Source of the DNA: a virus
Lineage: Duplodnaviria > Caudoviricetes
Strand: one strand, 5' to 3'
Virus record (IMG/VR): IMGVR_UViG_3300010270_000379
Location: 1 to 64,000 of that record
Length of the DNA stretch: 64,000 nucleotides
Shown: positions 37,377-47,504 of the stretch, one piece after another
Numbering within the stretch: the first letter of the stretch is position 1
Layout: each line of letters opens with the position of its first letter
The notes under the pieces: model-generated
What the model saw: only the letters and a program-made list of their open reading frames with translations
Told to the model about the DNA's origin: nothing
The model's database searches: none
Program-made: the position numbers and the translations under genes

Positions 37377-39779
37377 TTCTGGATAATATCTAATCCAGGA
37401 ACCTCTACACCACGGATGAACTATACCGACCGGACAATCACCCTCATTTTTACCATCCCATATAGCATATTTAGCATAAGGATCTTTAATTCTCTCATTA
37501 GGCAATGGAACATCACTCCATAAAACGATAGTTCCATTAAGTTTTTTACACTGTTTACAAGTGTTATCATCCATCATTTCAAAACGCTTAAAATAAACTT
37601 TAGAATTCGGCTCTGAGTTATATACTTCTTCCTGGATATATGCACTATTAGCGGCCATCTGGACCTCGCTATCAGCAATTCTCTGCATATCTCTATTAAG
37701 ACTTGCACACTTATCAAAAAGATTCTGAGCTACAACGGATTTACTTTGTTTATCTCTAATACCATCAATAATTATTTGCTGTATGTTATTTCGTATGTCA
37801 TCACTTACTCTAGTAACTCTCTGGGCCGCTGAATCTACTGCTATTTGAATTCGGGCCTGTCTCTCTCTGGAAATAACATCCCCGAATTTATCTTTCATGT
37901 TTTTAATAGAATCACCAATCCAATCAACGTCATATCTTTTGGCTTTAATATCAGATAATGACATTTTTCTTACGGCTTCCAGGCTATTTGTTTTTGAAAG
38001 TCTATCAAGAATAATTCCTAAACTTTCTGCAGACAATACAATTTTCTCACCTATTCCGGCATAATTACGGTTAAGATATTTTTCAAGCTCTACAACAAAC
38101 ATTTTCCATTCTGATTCTTTAATAGGAAGTCCTGTAGATGGATTATACAAAATCTTGCCTTTATGCTTTAATTCACCGGCCTTACTTACAATTCTAATAT
38201 CCGGCAAGTCAAAATATGCAATAACAAAATTATAAATAGCTCTGGTCCTATTTGTGAACTCTTTGAAATACTTATCTACAAGTTCTTCCTGAGCTTTATA
38301 TACAAAAGTCTCACCTTTACTAGCACCGGAAATATCAGCATCAAGAGACAACGCAATTTTATGTACGGCCTTTTCAATTTTGCTTCTGTCAAAATCTGTT
38401 ATTCTTACAAGTAAATTACCATAACTTGTAGATGCATCTGCCGGAATATGTTTAATCATAAACGGCTGATTATTTGCAATAGCATTTAAGGCCTTATTTA
38501 CCTGTTCAAGTTTCTGCTGTTTATTATTTTCTGTAATATCAGTAATGTTTATATCAAAAGATTTATGAACCATTTTCCCCTTATGACTGAAAATAAAGCT
38601 CTTAAACTGCTCCATTGTCATTGTTGTCATGCTGCCATAAAAACCTGGCCTATCGTATTGTTTCATATAGGCTTTTTTTGCATCCTCAGCACTTGCAAAA
38701 CATAACATACATTTATCTTCATCGTATTTATGTGTTACCGGATCATTCTGGTGGATTACATAAACCTTTTCAGCCTTTTTATCTGGACCTACATAGCAAT
38801 CTAAGTGATCTTTGTCTACTCCTACAGTTCCACGGATATAACCATAATCATAATTCATATATGTCCGCCATTTATGACCGTCTTTATCTACTCCTGAACG
38901 ATATGAGCCTTTTTTATTTTCGATAGAAATATCCATACCATAAAGTTTAGTTCTACCCTGTAATTTATGGCCGGAATAAGTTAGAGATTTATTCAAATCT
39001 TTATAGGCTTTATATGCAATTACATTCTCTGCATCCTGATGCAATTGTTCTTCTGCAACATACCTTGTTAGTTTATCATCGTATTTTTGAATAATAGAAT
39101 CATAATCTAAACCTTTTTTATTACAAAGATGATGTAATTCTACTTTCCAATCAGTAAAAAGAGATTTATTTATAGTTTCAGGATTAATAATATAAGCAAC
39201 TTTTTTATTTAATACACGTTTATCTTCTTTTTCACAATTTTTTACAACTGATGCAGATAATTTATCATTGTTACCTATTTCAAACTTTACAAGTTTTTCA
39301 TCTTGCCAATCTCCACCACAAGCAATTATGAAATATGTATCAGAAAGTTCCATAAGTTCACAATTCTCTAAATCTTGTCCTTTTGGATAACCTTCAATCT
39401 CATAAACTTTTTTAGGAATTAAATGAAAATAATCTCTTTCATCATCCATCAGTTTTAACATTTCGTTTTGCAATTCTGGTGATAATCTTCTAGTCCACAA
39501 ATTAAACAGTTTATCAGTAATAGTTAGAGATTTCTCATATCTTTTTCTATCAATTTCTCTATCTAATAAAATTATTTTTCGTAAATCTTCATCAACTCTA
39601 TCTAATAAATCCACATTTTTATTTGACTGTAATTTGCTTGTTATTTGCTTATTTTGAGAATTTAAGGCTGATTTTTGTAGTTTTTCTGCAAATTCCGGCT
39701 TAATATCCTCGATTTTTGGAGATTTTAATTTGACTGTCATTTGCTCAACTACATCTTTTTTTACCCTTACATTAGCCAT
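37371..39779 (-). CDS. MuF (gp7-like) head protein with an internal inorganic-pyrophosphatase-like domain
   Basis: C-terminal IADSEVQMA...TCKQCKKLNG...HPWCRG MuF motif; ISIENKKGSYRSG...DYGYIRGTVGVDKDHLDCYVG...DEDKCML InPase motif. Confidence 0.85.
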   Translation of the reverse strand: MANVRVKKDVVEQMTVKLKSPKIEDIKPEFAEKLQKSALNSQNKQITSKLQSNKNVDLLDRVDEDLRKIILLDREIDRKRYEKSLTITDKLFNLWTRRLSPELQNEMLKLMDDERDYFHLIPKKVYEIEGYPKGQDLENCELMELSDTYFIIACGGDWQDEKLVKFEIGNNDKLSASVVKNCEKEDKRVLNKKVAYIINPETINKSLFTDWKVELHHLCNKKGLDYDSIIQKYDDKLTRYVAEEQLHQDAENVIAYKAYKDLNKSLTYSGHKLQGRTKLYGMDISIENKKGSYRSGVDKDGHKWRTYMNYDYGYIRGTVGVDKDHLDCYVGPDKKAEKVYVIHQNDPVTHKYDEDKCMLCFASAEDAKKAYMKQYDRPGFYGSMTTMTMEQFKSFIFSHKGKMVHKSFDINITDITENNKQQKLEQVNKALNAIANNQPFMIKHIPADASTSYGNLLVRITDFDRSKIEKAVHKIALSLDADISGASKGETFVYKAQEELVDKYFKEFTNRTRAIYNFVIAYFDLPDIRIVSKAGELKHKGKILYNPSTGLPIKESEWKMFVVELEKYLNRNYAGIGEKIVLSAESLGIILDRLSKTNSLEAVRKMSLSDIKAKRYDVDWIGDSIKNMKDKFGDVISRERQARIQIAVDSAAQRVTRVSDDIRNNIQQIIIDGIRDKQSKSVVAQNLFDKCASLNRDMQRIADSEVQMAANSAYIQEEVYNSEPNSKVYFKRFEMMDDNTCKQCKKLNGTIVLWSDVPLPNERIKDPYAKYAIWDGKNEGDCPVGIVHPWCRGSWIRYYPEV

Positions 39780-40183
39780 TATTCACCATCCTTAGATAAA
39801 TACATATCAATGTACCCTTCATCTTTTCCCCAGGTAGTAACTCGCATCCAGGAATAACAATCATCATTAATCTTAAAGCGGCATAAATAATATGTTTCGG
39901 TCCTGGCCTTCTTCTTTTTATTCCACTGTCCTACCACCTCAGAATAAAGGAAATAATCTTTTACATTCTCAGCGGCCTTAAAATGTTCTTCCGGTGTAAA
40001 TCCTCTTACCACTGAATTATTAATTGATTTGATACATCCGATTTTATTCATAGATTGACGGTTGAATATAAATCGAATTCCGTTTTCCCTTTTTTCAAAC
40101 AACTTTTTACGTTCATGTCCTACAGCATTACGAAAATTGTTTCTCAATCCATCCAGACTTTTCAAATCAATTGTGTTTACCAT
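39779..40183 (-). CDS. LPD3-like (large polyvalent protein-associated) domain protein
   Basis: Start reassigned to MVNT; SMNKIGCIKSINNS...GFTPEEHFKAAENVKDYF. Confidence 0.55.
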   Translation of the reverse strand: MVNTIDLKSLDGLRNNFRNAVGHERKKLFEKRENGIRFIFNRQSMNKIGCIKSINNSVVRGFTPEEHFKAAENVKDYFLYSEVVGQWNKKKKARTETYYLCRFKINDDCYSWMRVTTWGKDEGYIDMYLSKDGE

Positions 40184-40211
40184 ACTTCCCCCTAACTTTT
40201 TATGGTTAAAC

Positions 40212-40308
40212 AAAAAAGCAGCCGGCAACAATCCTTAAAAGATATTGCCGACTGCTCATTACAAACAAATCGTATTTATATTATAAATCACTTTTTGTAT
40301 AAAATCTA
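40212..40308 (-). promoter_or_regulatory. Late-type promoter with leader hairpin and terminator, copy 7 (LPD3-MuF operon)
   Basis: TAGATT-17-TATAAT; TGTTT-GTAAT-GAGCA; GCAGTCGGCAA/TTGCCGGCTGC; T6. Confidence 0.75.
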
Positions 40309-40316
40309 TTATTAAT

Positions 40317-42032
40317 TTACCAATTTGAACCTGGTTTCTCATATCCAAACATCGCATTTACTTGCCGCAAGCTCTTACCCTTTTTAATAACATTAGTCTC
40401 ACCGTAATTGTTTACGGCATTTTGATTTTTAAGCTCTACCTGGACTACTTCTCTTTCTGCATCCGTTTTATTTACGTTTTCGGCAATCTTTTGGACTTCT
40501 GGATTATTTACAGTTTTCAAAAGTTCCTGTTTTTTCTTTCTTCTCTGAGCATAGAAATTATCATTTTTAGCATCTGTTGATACTACGGCTGAATTTGCCA
40601 AAGCCCAAGCCCAAAAACTATCCGCATGGCCTTTATCATCTCTACTTGCATCATAACTAAAATGTTTTCCACCACCTCTATCAATTCTTTTTATACTATG
40701 AATCTGCATGTGAAATTCTTTATCATTACTCAGTAAGAATTCTTTCTGTTCAAGGCCACGTTTTACATCAATTGCTAAAATCTCTTTTGATTCCTGAGTA
40801 AACTGAACACCTTCTACACGATCACCTACAACTGCATGTACATCCTCATAAATATTATCACCTATTCCGGTTCTATCAATTTTGCCACGGAATACAGGTA
40901 ATTCTTTATAGGCTTTTATTATCATTTCTTTCTGTTTTTTATAAGTTTCATTTTTTAATTCAATTCTGGCAAAATCTCTTTTCTTGCCCTCTGCTGTTCT
41001 TCCCATTAAAAACAAAACACTTAAATCTTTATGGCGGCCAACATCATAACCAAGGAATAAAGTCTTTCCGTGATATTCTGGCCGGTAATTAAGAATAGCT
41101 GTATCTAAATCTTTATAAGCCTGAAAATCTATTCCACGGTTATATTCCCAATATTCTTCATCACTCATTTTTTCGCATAAAGACAAATCAATATCAGATT
41201 CCCTCTTTCCAGGTGTGTTTTCATAAATCAAATCAAGTGAAATATAGCTTTCTGATGAATCAATAAACATACATTCAAACTCTTGTTGAAATGTATCCAT
41301 ATCACTGTTTTGAAAAATCATTTTTAAGATTTTTGTTCCAAAAGTCTCTACACGTTCTTCTGTAGATAACTCTGGAGCAACTTTTACAGCCGTAGGAACA
41401 TCTACACAAAGATCACGGCAAAACCACCAAGGAATATTGTATCTTTCATAATCGTATGTCTCTTTGTCAGTTAAAATATCATAGAATTGGCCGATTTTAC
41501 CTAGAGGCGAACTTCCCATTTCAATAGTTCCACCACGAGAAATTACAGGCAAAGCAGCATCATAGACTAATTTTTGCATCTTAGGATTATAAATAGCAAA
41601 TTCATCAAGAGAAATATCACCACCTTTACCACGAGGCGGCCTACAAGGAATAGATATAAGTCTTGATTGAGTAATACCGTTTTTATCCTGGAAACATAAC
41701 ATAGATTTATTATCAGTTATGAGCTTTTTCTTTGCATCACAATCTGGAATAGATTCATAGAACTGTTTAGCGTAGGATATTTTCTCTAGTGCATCTTCTT
41801 CATTGTAAGAGACAAACTGTTTTGTATATCCTATCCTGGCCGGATCCATAGCCTTTATCAGGCCCTTCAAGCTGCAGATAAACGACCAACCTACACGTCT
41901 TGACTTTACAATAGCGATAAATCTGGCCATAGATTTTATATATTCATCTTGCCAAAAGTCTAAGAGTAAGTCTTTCTGTTGAAATTGTATGTAAGTATAG
42001 GCATAAAGCAGCCGTTCATCTTTTGAAAACAT
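40317..42032 (-). CDS. terL: Terminase large subunit
   Basis: KSRRVGWS ATPase motif, ISLDEFA Walker B, LGYDVGRHKD and GHADSFWAWALA nuclease motifs. Confidence 0.93.
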   Translation of the reverse strand: MFSKDERLLYAYTYIQFQQKDLLLDFWQDEYIKSMARFIAIVKSRRVGWSFICSLKGLIKAMDPARIGYTKQFVSYNEEDALEKISYAKQFYESIPDCDAKKKLITDNKSMLCFQDKNGITQSRLISIPCRPPRGKGGDISLDEFAIYNPKMQKLVYDAALPVISRGGTIEMGSSPLGKIGQFYDILTDKETYDYERYNIPWWFCRDLCVDVPTAVKVAPELSTEERVETFGTKILKMIFQNSDMDTFQQEFECMFIDSSESYISLDLIYENTPGKRESDIDLSLCEKMSDEEYWEYNRGIDFQAYKDLDTAILNYRPEYHGKTLFLGYDVGRHKDLSVLFLMGRTAEGKKRDFARIELKNETYKKQKEMIIKAYKELPVFRGKIDRTGIGDNIYEDVHAVVGDRVEGVQFTQESKEILAIDVKRGLEQKEFLLSNDKEFHMQIHSIKRIDRGGGKHFSYDASRDDKGHADSFWAWALANSAVVSTDAKNDNFYAQRRKKKQELLKTVNNPEVQKIAENVNKTDAEREVVQVELKNQNAVNNYGETNVIKKGKSLRQVNAMFGYEKPGSNW

Positions 42033-42463
42033 TAATTCTGGCCTCCAAAAATTTGAACATTCTTTTTAGAATTAAGACAATTTACATATTTTTCAGTATA
42101 TTCCTTTTGTGTAAGCCATCTTATGTTTTCTACACAATTATCACCTTTATTGCCATTTATATGTTCAATTACTGTTTGATATTCAGGTGTATCTAACCAA
42201 CAAGCTGCAACAAGTCTATGTAATAACCAACTTTCCCCTTTTCTGCCCCCTAAAAATATTTCAAAATAACCTGTATTAGAAAGTGTTGGTATACATTTTT
42301 TTTCTTCATAACATCTTTTTCTTCCGACTTTATCAGTTAATTCAAAATAACAAGATGCAACTTCACCATTTTTAAAAACTTTATATTTTCTACCGTTTTT
42401 ACAAGTATAGATACGATATTCATTTGTGAGATAACGATATTGTAAAAAAGTTTCCTGTTTCAT
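42032..42463 (-). CDS. HNH homing endonuclease
   Basis: LHRLVAACWL...EHINGNKGDNCVENIRW. Confidence 0.85.
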   Translation of the reverse strand: MKQETFLQYRYLTNEYRIYTCKNGRKYKVFKNGEVASCYFELTDKVGRKRCYEEKKCIPTLSNTGYFEIFLGGRKGESWLLHRLVAACWLDTPEYQTVIEHINGNKGDNCVENIRWLTQKEYTEKYVNCLNSKKNVQIFGGQN

Positions 42464-42467
42464 TTTC

Positions 42468-43010
42468 TCAGTCCTTAAATTTCGCTATATCTTCCGGTGT
42501 AACACCCATACTAATCATTAATAATGTGCAATAGCCTATAATATCTGCTACATCATTAATACGCGGCTTTTCATCTGGATTCGACATAACGCGGCCTAAT
42601 TTATCATCTAGCCGGATAAGAATTGAATTAGTTGAATCACCTTTATAAAAAATCTTTTTAGGATTAATAGCTGAATCACCGTATTTTTGATTTTTATACA
42701 GGAGTAAATCTTTCATACTATCGAGTAAGGCGGCAATTTTTTCTTGTGTATCAGTATTTGGAGTATGTTTCTCTGCGGCCATAAAAGAATTGTAATCCTG
42801 TTCAACTTGCGTAATAACATTTTTATATGGCAATTCTAACTCCCAATGATCAAGATAATTTACAAAAAAGATATTAGGTTCCTGACATTCTTTTATAATA
42901 ATCTTACAGCCTACAATGTTTGGAATATAAATAGTCCTATCTTTTTTACAAACTTCATGCTTCATTCCTTTTAATTCTAGCTCTACAGCAACGTCAAAAA
43001 TAGTTTTCAT
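42468..43010 (-). CDS. DUF1599 / nucleotide-modification-associated domain protein
   Basis: LLLYKNQKYGDSA...IRLDDKLGR...DVADIIGY. Confidence 0.7.
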   Translation of the reverse strand: MKTIFDVAVELELKGMKHEVCKKDRTIYIPNIVGCKIIIKECQEPNIFFVNYLDHWELELPYKNVITQVEQDYNSFMAAEKHTPNTDTQEKIAALLDSMKDLLLYKNQKYGDSAINPKKIFYKGDSTNSILIRLDDKLGRVMSNPDEKPRINDVADIIGYCTLLMISMGVTPEDIAKFKD

Positions 43011-43831
43011 TTAATAAAATCCTCCGCTTCAATTACAAAAAATACTTTTCCTTCCGGTGTTTCATAAGGTTTTATTTTACCTACGTCATAAACACCGTCT
43101 AAACGTTTTATATAAACCTCACTTTCTGCATATCCATTATGGCCTATCGTCTGTAGCTCTGTTGTCAAATCTCTTATAGTTTTCTTTCCCATTTTTTTAA
43201 TCCTCTAGGCCGATTTCTTTTTTGATATATTCAAGCAGCTCTTTTTTATCTCTGGCCGCAAAACTTTTTACACTAAACCCTGATTTAATTACAATGTGAT
43301 TAATATGCTTTTCATCTAAATACTCAGATAAAAGACACATTGTTTCACAATCAGTATCAACATCTACTCTGAAAACGTGAAAATCATTTTTGTTTAGAGA
43401 CTTAATCTCTTTAATCAATTTTAATGTTTGTAGTAGTTTTTTCATCTTTCTTTTCCTCTATGAACCATAAGCGGCCGTAATGATCTGTTTCATCACAATC
43501 TCTATCAGGCTCAACTGTTGTATATAAGTCCTTATGTAAACAATAAGGACTTCCATCATCTTTCACACACCATGTACACCGGCCACATTTTTCTTTATTG
43601 CTGCACATTTTTCTTTACTTTCCTGTTCAAAAACATTTCCTTCCAAATTGGATCTTCCGGTAAATAAATTATTCTTTTGCGCTCATTGGTTATAATGTCA
43701 CCAAAAAGAAGGAAATATTTAAGTTTTTCAAGTTCAAACTCTGTTTTACTTTTACACTTAATCATAAATCCACTCCATTTTTCATAACCAAGGCAATAGA
43801 TTCTTCTATATCGATAAAAACCTGTTTCCAT
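43007..43831 (-). CDS. Four small overlapping hypothetical genes (43007-43192, 43197-43445, 43411-43608, 43595-43831)
   Basis: Tightly coupled ORFs; one is Cys-rich; no family recognised. Confidence 0.5.
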
Positions 43832-43867
43832 TCTGCAAGACTTTCTTCTGTCATAGGAATACCGGCA

Positions 43868-44491
43868 TTATTTTTCATTTTTACCCCAATTTCCATTTTT
43901 TTTATCTTTCAAATATTCTGTATATGCTGAATAACGTTCTTGTATATCATCAGTTAAATAAGCATGAAATTCACAATAGGCCTCAAAATCTTGGAATAAA
44001 CCGCATGACTTAAATTCAGGGCATCCAAATCTATAAATACAGTTAGGAACAAGAACATTTGCTATTTCTGGATATAATTTTTCTAACTCAGTCTTAAAAT
44101 CTTCTGCAAGTGTACGAGCTTCTTTTGTTGCACAAAAACATAGTCTTTTCCTCCATGCATCTATAAGATTTTGTACATTTGCAAAACCGTCATAATTAAC
44201 CGGTGAATCTTGCGGCGCTTTATTTCTGTCATAATTATTCTGGCGATCATTTCTTTGTGAAGTAATAAACTTTTCAAATTTATGTCTGCTCCATTCTGTA
44301 GCTACCCAAGATTTTATATTTTTCCAAGTCCAATCAATTTCTATAAGTCTTATAGGAGTATGTTCTGAGATTAAAAGTTTCTTCTTAAAATCTTCTGATG
44401 GTTCGTTTTCCGTAAACTCTTTTCCTACGGTTGTCCTACAGTGATTTTTTACACGTTTCCAATCTGCAGCAATAAAATTAAAAATTGTCAT
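43868..44491 (-). CDS. thyX: FAD-dependent thymidylate synthase family protein
   Basis: SEHTPIR, EWSRH, SQRNDR, NLIDAWRKRLC and VPNCIYRFGCPE. Confidence 0.75.
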   Translation of the reverse strand: MTIFNFIAADWKRVKNHCRTTVGKEFTENEPSEDFKKKLLISEHTPIRLIEIDWTWKNIKSWVATEWSRHKFEKFITSQRNDRQNNYDRNKAPQDSPVNYDGFANVQNLIDAWRKRLCFCATKEARTLAEDFKTELEKLYPEIANVLVPNCIYRFGCPEFKSCGLFQDFEAYCEFHAYLTDDIQERYSAYTEYLKDKKNGNWGKNEK

Positions 44492-44501
44492 ATTTCACAC
44501 C

Positions 44502-44963
44502 TTAATAAACTTTCGTAATAAAAGTTGCAGTATTTTCTAAAATACATTTCAAATCATCAGAATAACCAAACCGTTTTTGATTAATTTCAATTGATCTAAA
44601 AATATCTCCATCTGTATGTCTTTCTGATGCTGCTTTCCAATCACAAATCATTTCAATTAAATCAATAAGATTCATACCACTTATGCCATTCTCAAAATGT
44701 TCTGGATGGTGTCTATTATTTGCATAATGAATATCCAAACCTTCTTTTAGTCCGGCAAGAAATTTTTTATATTCTTCACTTCCATAAGTACATTCTTTTA
44801 ATTTTGGTGTGTATTCATCAAACAATGCTTTTTCCGTTGGATTATCAATTTTATCGTGATCATGTTTCAAAGCTCTTATTGATAATTCATCCATAACCTT
44901 AGCAATGTAATTTTGTACTTTTACAATATGTTCAAATGTATCTTTCTGACTATCGTATTTCAT
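44502..44963 (-). CDS. DUF5662 (HD-like) protein
   Basis: HDHDK...HYANNRHHPEHF...DLIEMICDWKAAS. Confidence 0.75.
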   Translation of the reverse strand: MKYDSQKDTFEHIVKVQNYIAKVMDELSIRALKHDHDKIDNPTEKALFDEYTPKLKECTYGSEEYKKFLAGLKEGLDIHYANNRHHPEHFENGISGMNLIDLIEMICDWKAASERHTDGDIFRSIEINQKRFGYSDDLKCILENTATFITKVY

Positions 44964-44965
44964 AA

Positions 44966-45745
44966 TTATGCTTCCTCGTCTTGATCTTTCATAGTTTCGA
45001 TAAATTCCCCGGCTGCCTCAGCTTCAACCTGGTTATGTTGAATAATTGATATTTTAGCCGTTACTTTATCTTTAATAGCTTCAAGAGTTACAACGGTATC
45101 AGTTTTCTTTTCATCGGCCCCTGTAATTTTTGAAGTCAAAAGTTTATGATAATTCATAAGGGCCTGACGTGCTGATGCTCTTGTTTCGATTGAATAATGA
45201 GCATAGCCATTTTTATCGTAGTCAAATCCGGCTACCATTTTTTTCTGACTAGGTGTTAAATCTCTAAGTTGTTTATCATCAATAATGTCAAAACTACCTT
45301 TTTCCCCCAGATCAATTAATTTATCCTCTTTGAAGGCTGTTCTATCACAATTCAAAACTTCGCGGCAAAATTGAATATCTTCGCGGAAAATATCTTCAAT
45401 TTCCTGTAAAGACGTTGTATTAAATAAATCATCAACACGTTTTCTAATATGAGGCTGCTGCAAGGCCCATGATCCATATGCTTTCCAATAAGCGCCGGCA
45501 AGTTCACCGGATTTATTTACCTTACCGCAAGAAATTGATGTAGGACTTGTATAAAAAAGAATGAATAATTTTTCTTTTGCTGTAAATTCTTCACCAAAAG
45601 AAGCAAGCATTTTATCAAGTCTTTCATCACCATCTGGACCTTCTGGAAGTCTTAAAATATTTTTAATTTCTTCTCTGGAAGGCTCTGTATTTTTCTGCTT
45701 TTTCTTTGTTTTAGTAGGTTGATTTTCAATCTTCTTTCTTGCCAT
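44966..45745 (-). CDS. terS: Terminase small subunit
   Basis: FTAKEKLFILFY...AG...LQQPHIRKRVDDL HTH followed by an oligomerisation-like region; upstream of terL. Confidence 0.65.
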   Translation of the reverse strand: MARKKIENQPTKTKKKQKNTEPSREEIKNILRLPEGPDGDERLDKMLASFGEEFTAKEKLFILFYTSPTSISCGKVNKSGELAGAYWKAYGSWALQQPHIRKRVDDLFNTTSLQEIEDIFREDIQFCREVLNCDRTAFKEDKLIDLGEKGSFDIIDDKQLRDLTPSQKKMVAGFDYDKNGYAHYSIETRASARQALMNYHKLLTSKITGADEKKTDTVVTLEAIKDKVTAKISIIQHNQVEAEAAGEFIETMKDQDEEA

Positions 45746-45908
45746 TTTCAACCTCTGCATTTTTAGCACAATTGTGAATTAAATAGCCAAAAGTCACGCG
45801 GCCATTTTCCGTAACAAATCTTAATTTTTCAGCATCACAAGCTATAGATTCCTGAGAAGTTGTAGCGATGTATTTTATTTCAGCTCCGCAATTTTTACAC
45901 TTCTGCAT
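45726..45908 (-). CDS. Zn-ribbon hypothetical protein
   Basis: CKNCGAEIKYI...GYLIHNC. Confidence 0.55.
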   Translation of the reverse strand: MQKCKNCGAEIKYIATTSQESIACDAEKLRFVTENGRVTFGYLIHNCAKNAEVENGKKED

Positions 45909-46201
45909 TATCTGGCCCCCAATTTTTCCTTTAGATTCTGGCCGTTGAATGACATACAGTAATTAAGACGTTTTATATTTCCCAGGATTAAATCAAATTC
46001 GATGCTGCCGTAAAAATTTGGACTTGTACAAAGCTCCATCAACTTTTTATCAAAATCATCATTGTCATTGTTAGATTCTTCTAACCGTGAATTTACTGTT
46101 ATTGAAACAATATTTGATTTTTCAATTCCGAATTTTAAGTGACCTGTAAAAGCCTTAGCTTTATACTTTTCAACCTCTGCGTTTATTTCAGCAAACAGCA
46201 T
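45908..46201 (-). CDS. Small protein with an internal duplication
   Basis: Halves FTGHLKFGIEKSNIVSI and FYGSIEFDLILGNIKRL; own promoter TTTACA-17-TAAAAT (46223-46251). Confidence 0.55.
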   Translation of the reverse strand: MLFAEINAEVEKYKAKAFTGHLKFGIEKSNIVSITVNSRLEESNNDNDDFDKKLMELCTSPNFYGSIEFDLILGNIKRLNYCMSFNGQNLKEKLGAR

Positions 46202-46387
46202 CTTTTCCCCTCTTAATTTTTTATTTTAACATACAATTTACTTTTTGTAAAACTTGTATATATATTGTTTACACTGTAAATCAAAATAAAACCTAGAATT
46301 CGCTCTAGGATTGATTTTGAGAGGCCTTTTAACGGTTGGTAATGAAATATCATTCCCAGGACTGTTTCAGGCCGTTTTTAACGAATT

Positions 46388-46759
46388 TCATACTTCTCGA
46401 AATTCGTAATCTTTATATAAATACTTAAATAATTTTCGTTTTATTATATATGCTTTATTTTGTTTTGTAGCCGGGCTTTTTACATCCTCACAAATCAACC
46501 GGCCATTTTCTTTATAAGTAAAATCTGCTATGTAGTACACAGCTCTTTCTCCAGGTGTTTTAGGAACAAGTACAAATCTCTTTTGTCTTTCCAGATCTGT
46601 TATAACTCCGGCCTTTAATAACATGTTTAATTCTAAAAAACGCTCTGATTCTTTTTTTGAATCAAATACGATATTTCCAACAACAGTTTTGTTATTACCG
46701 TATTTTGGCCTTTTTGTTAAACTTGCATAAGGATTATTAAAGTTATACATTCCTAACAC
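46388..46759 (-). CDS. DUF1064 family protein
   Basis: KYGNNKT...FDSKKESER...YIADFTY...EDVKS. Confidence 0.85.
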   Translation of the reverse strand: MLGMYNFNNPYASLTKRPKYGNNKTVVGNIVFDSKKESERFLELNMLLKAGVITDLERQKRFVLVPKTPGERAVYYIADFTYKENGRLICEDVKSPATKQNKAYIIKRKLFKYLYKDYEFREV

Positions 46760-46764
46760 TCCAT

Positions 46765-46828
46765 AAAAGCCGGAAAGTATATTTACCGTAAAAAATTTAC
46801 GGCATCCAAATTAATACACTTTCCGGCG
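46765..46828 (-). terminator. Long hairpin terminator between the holin-like gene and DUF1064
   Basis: GCCGGAAAGT...ACTTTCCGGC followed by TTTT. Confidence 0.6.
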
Positions 46829-46842
46829 GCTTAAAGTCATTT

Positions 46843-47190
46843 TCACTCTGTCTTTTTTTTAGACAAAGCATTTGAAATTACAGGTACAAGAATACCGGCA
46901 ATCAATGTAACTACCGCAACAATAGCGGCGATCAATTTTGAATAAGAATCCTGAGCCATTTCAGCAAAAACAGCAGCCAAACCACTGATAACCATAAGAA
47001 TTATAGCGGCAAGCAGAAAACCGTTTTTCTTTTCAGATTTATTCCAGGTTGCAATAATAAGACCACCAAAACCAAAAGCACCAAGACCAATAGCCGGCAA
47101 GTCATTAGCTACATCGGTAAAATAACCAAGTGCCAAACTTGCAATCAAGGCAACAATTGATACGATAGTCAAAATAGTTTTCTTGTTCAT
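46843..47190 (-). CDS. Four-TM membrane protein, holin-like
   Basis: Four hydrophobic segments and a basic C-terminus (SKKKTE). Confidence 0.5.
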   Translation of the reverse strand: MNKKTILTIVSIVALIASLALGYFTDVANDLPAIGLGAFGFGGLIIATWNKSEKKNGFLLAAIILMVISGLAAVFAEMAQDSYSKLIAAIVAVVTLIAGILVPVISNALSKKKTE

Positions 47191-47504
47191 ATTTCCCCTC
47201 CTTCCTATGAAGTTTATATTTCAACCGGTTTTATTATGGGTAAGGTAATTTTAATTACACGCTATATGAAATAGTCATTTCCCCACTAAAAGCCGGTAAA
47301 ATTCTAAAAAGTGTCATTACCTGGCATTTAGTACCTTACTCAGCTTTAACTCTGGTATCTGTTTCAGCTTTTCATATCATCCAGGCCGCCTGACAAGGCT
47401 ACCGGTTTTAATTTTAAGAACTTTCAACGAACCTTTTCAAAAAATCTCGACCGGCCAAGAAGTTTATCTAAATCTATTTTCACTCATACGAGCTACTTAC
47501 TAGG

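Noticed and set aside
25234-40231. Hydrophobic N-terminal extensions in the ORF track (MWLPYFF..., MDLFFGSC..., MLPAAFLF...) as leader peptides or signal peptides
   Set aside because: They are translations of the leader hairpin and U-tract without RBS; downstream ATGs have good SD sequences.
40317-42463. Intron or intein in terL associated with the adjacent HNH
   Set aside because: terL is continuous with normal motif spacing; the HNH is a free-standing upstream gene.
46280-46385. pac site upstream of terS
   Set aside because: A hairpin (CCTAG/CTAGG) and atypical composition are visible, but nothing specific supports a packaging role.
46765-46830. Ninth copy of the late leader
   Set aside because: It has a similar GCCGG stem and U-tract but lacks the UGUU-loop-RGCA hairpin and an adjacent promoter; treated as an ordinary terminator.
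47330-47400. Hammerhead ribozyme
   Set aside because: CTGGATGA and GAAA are present, but the CUGAUGA core and three helices cannot be built.
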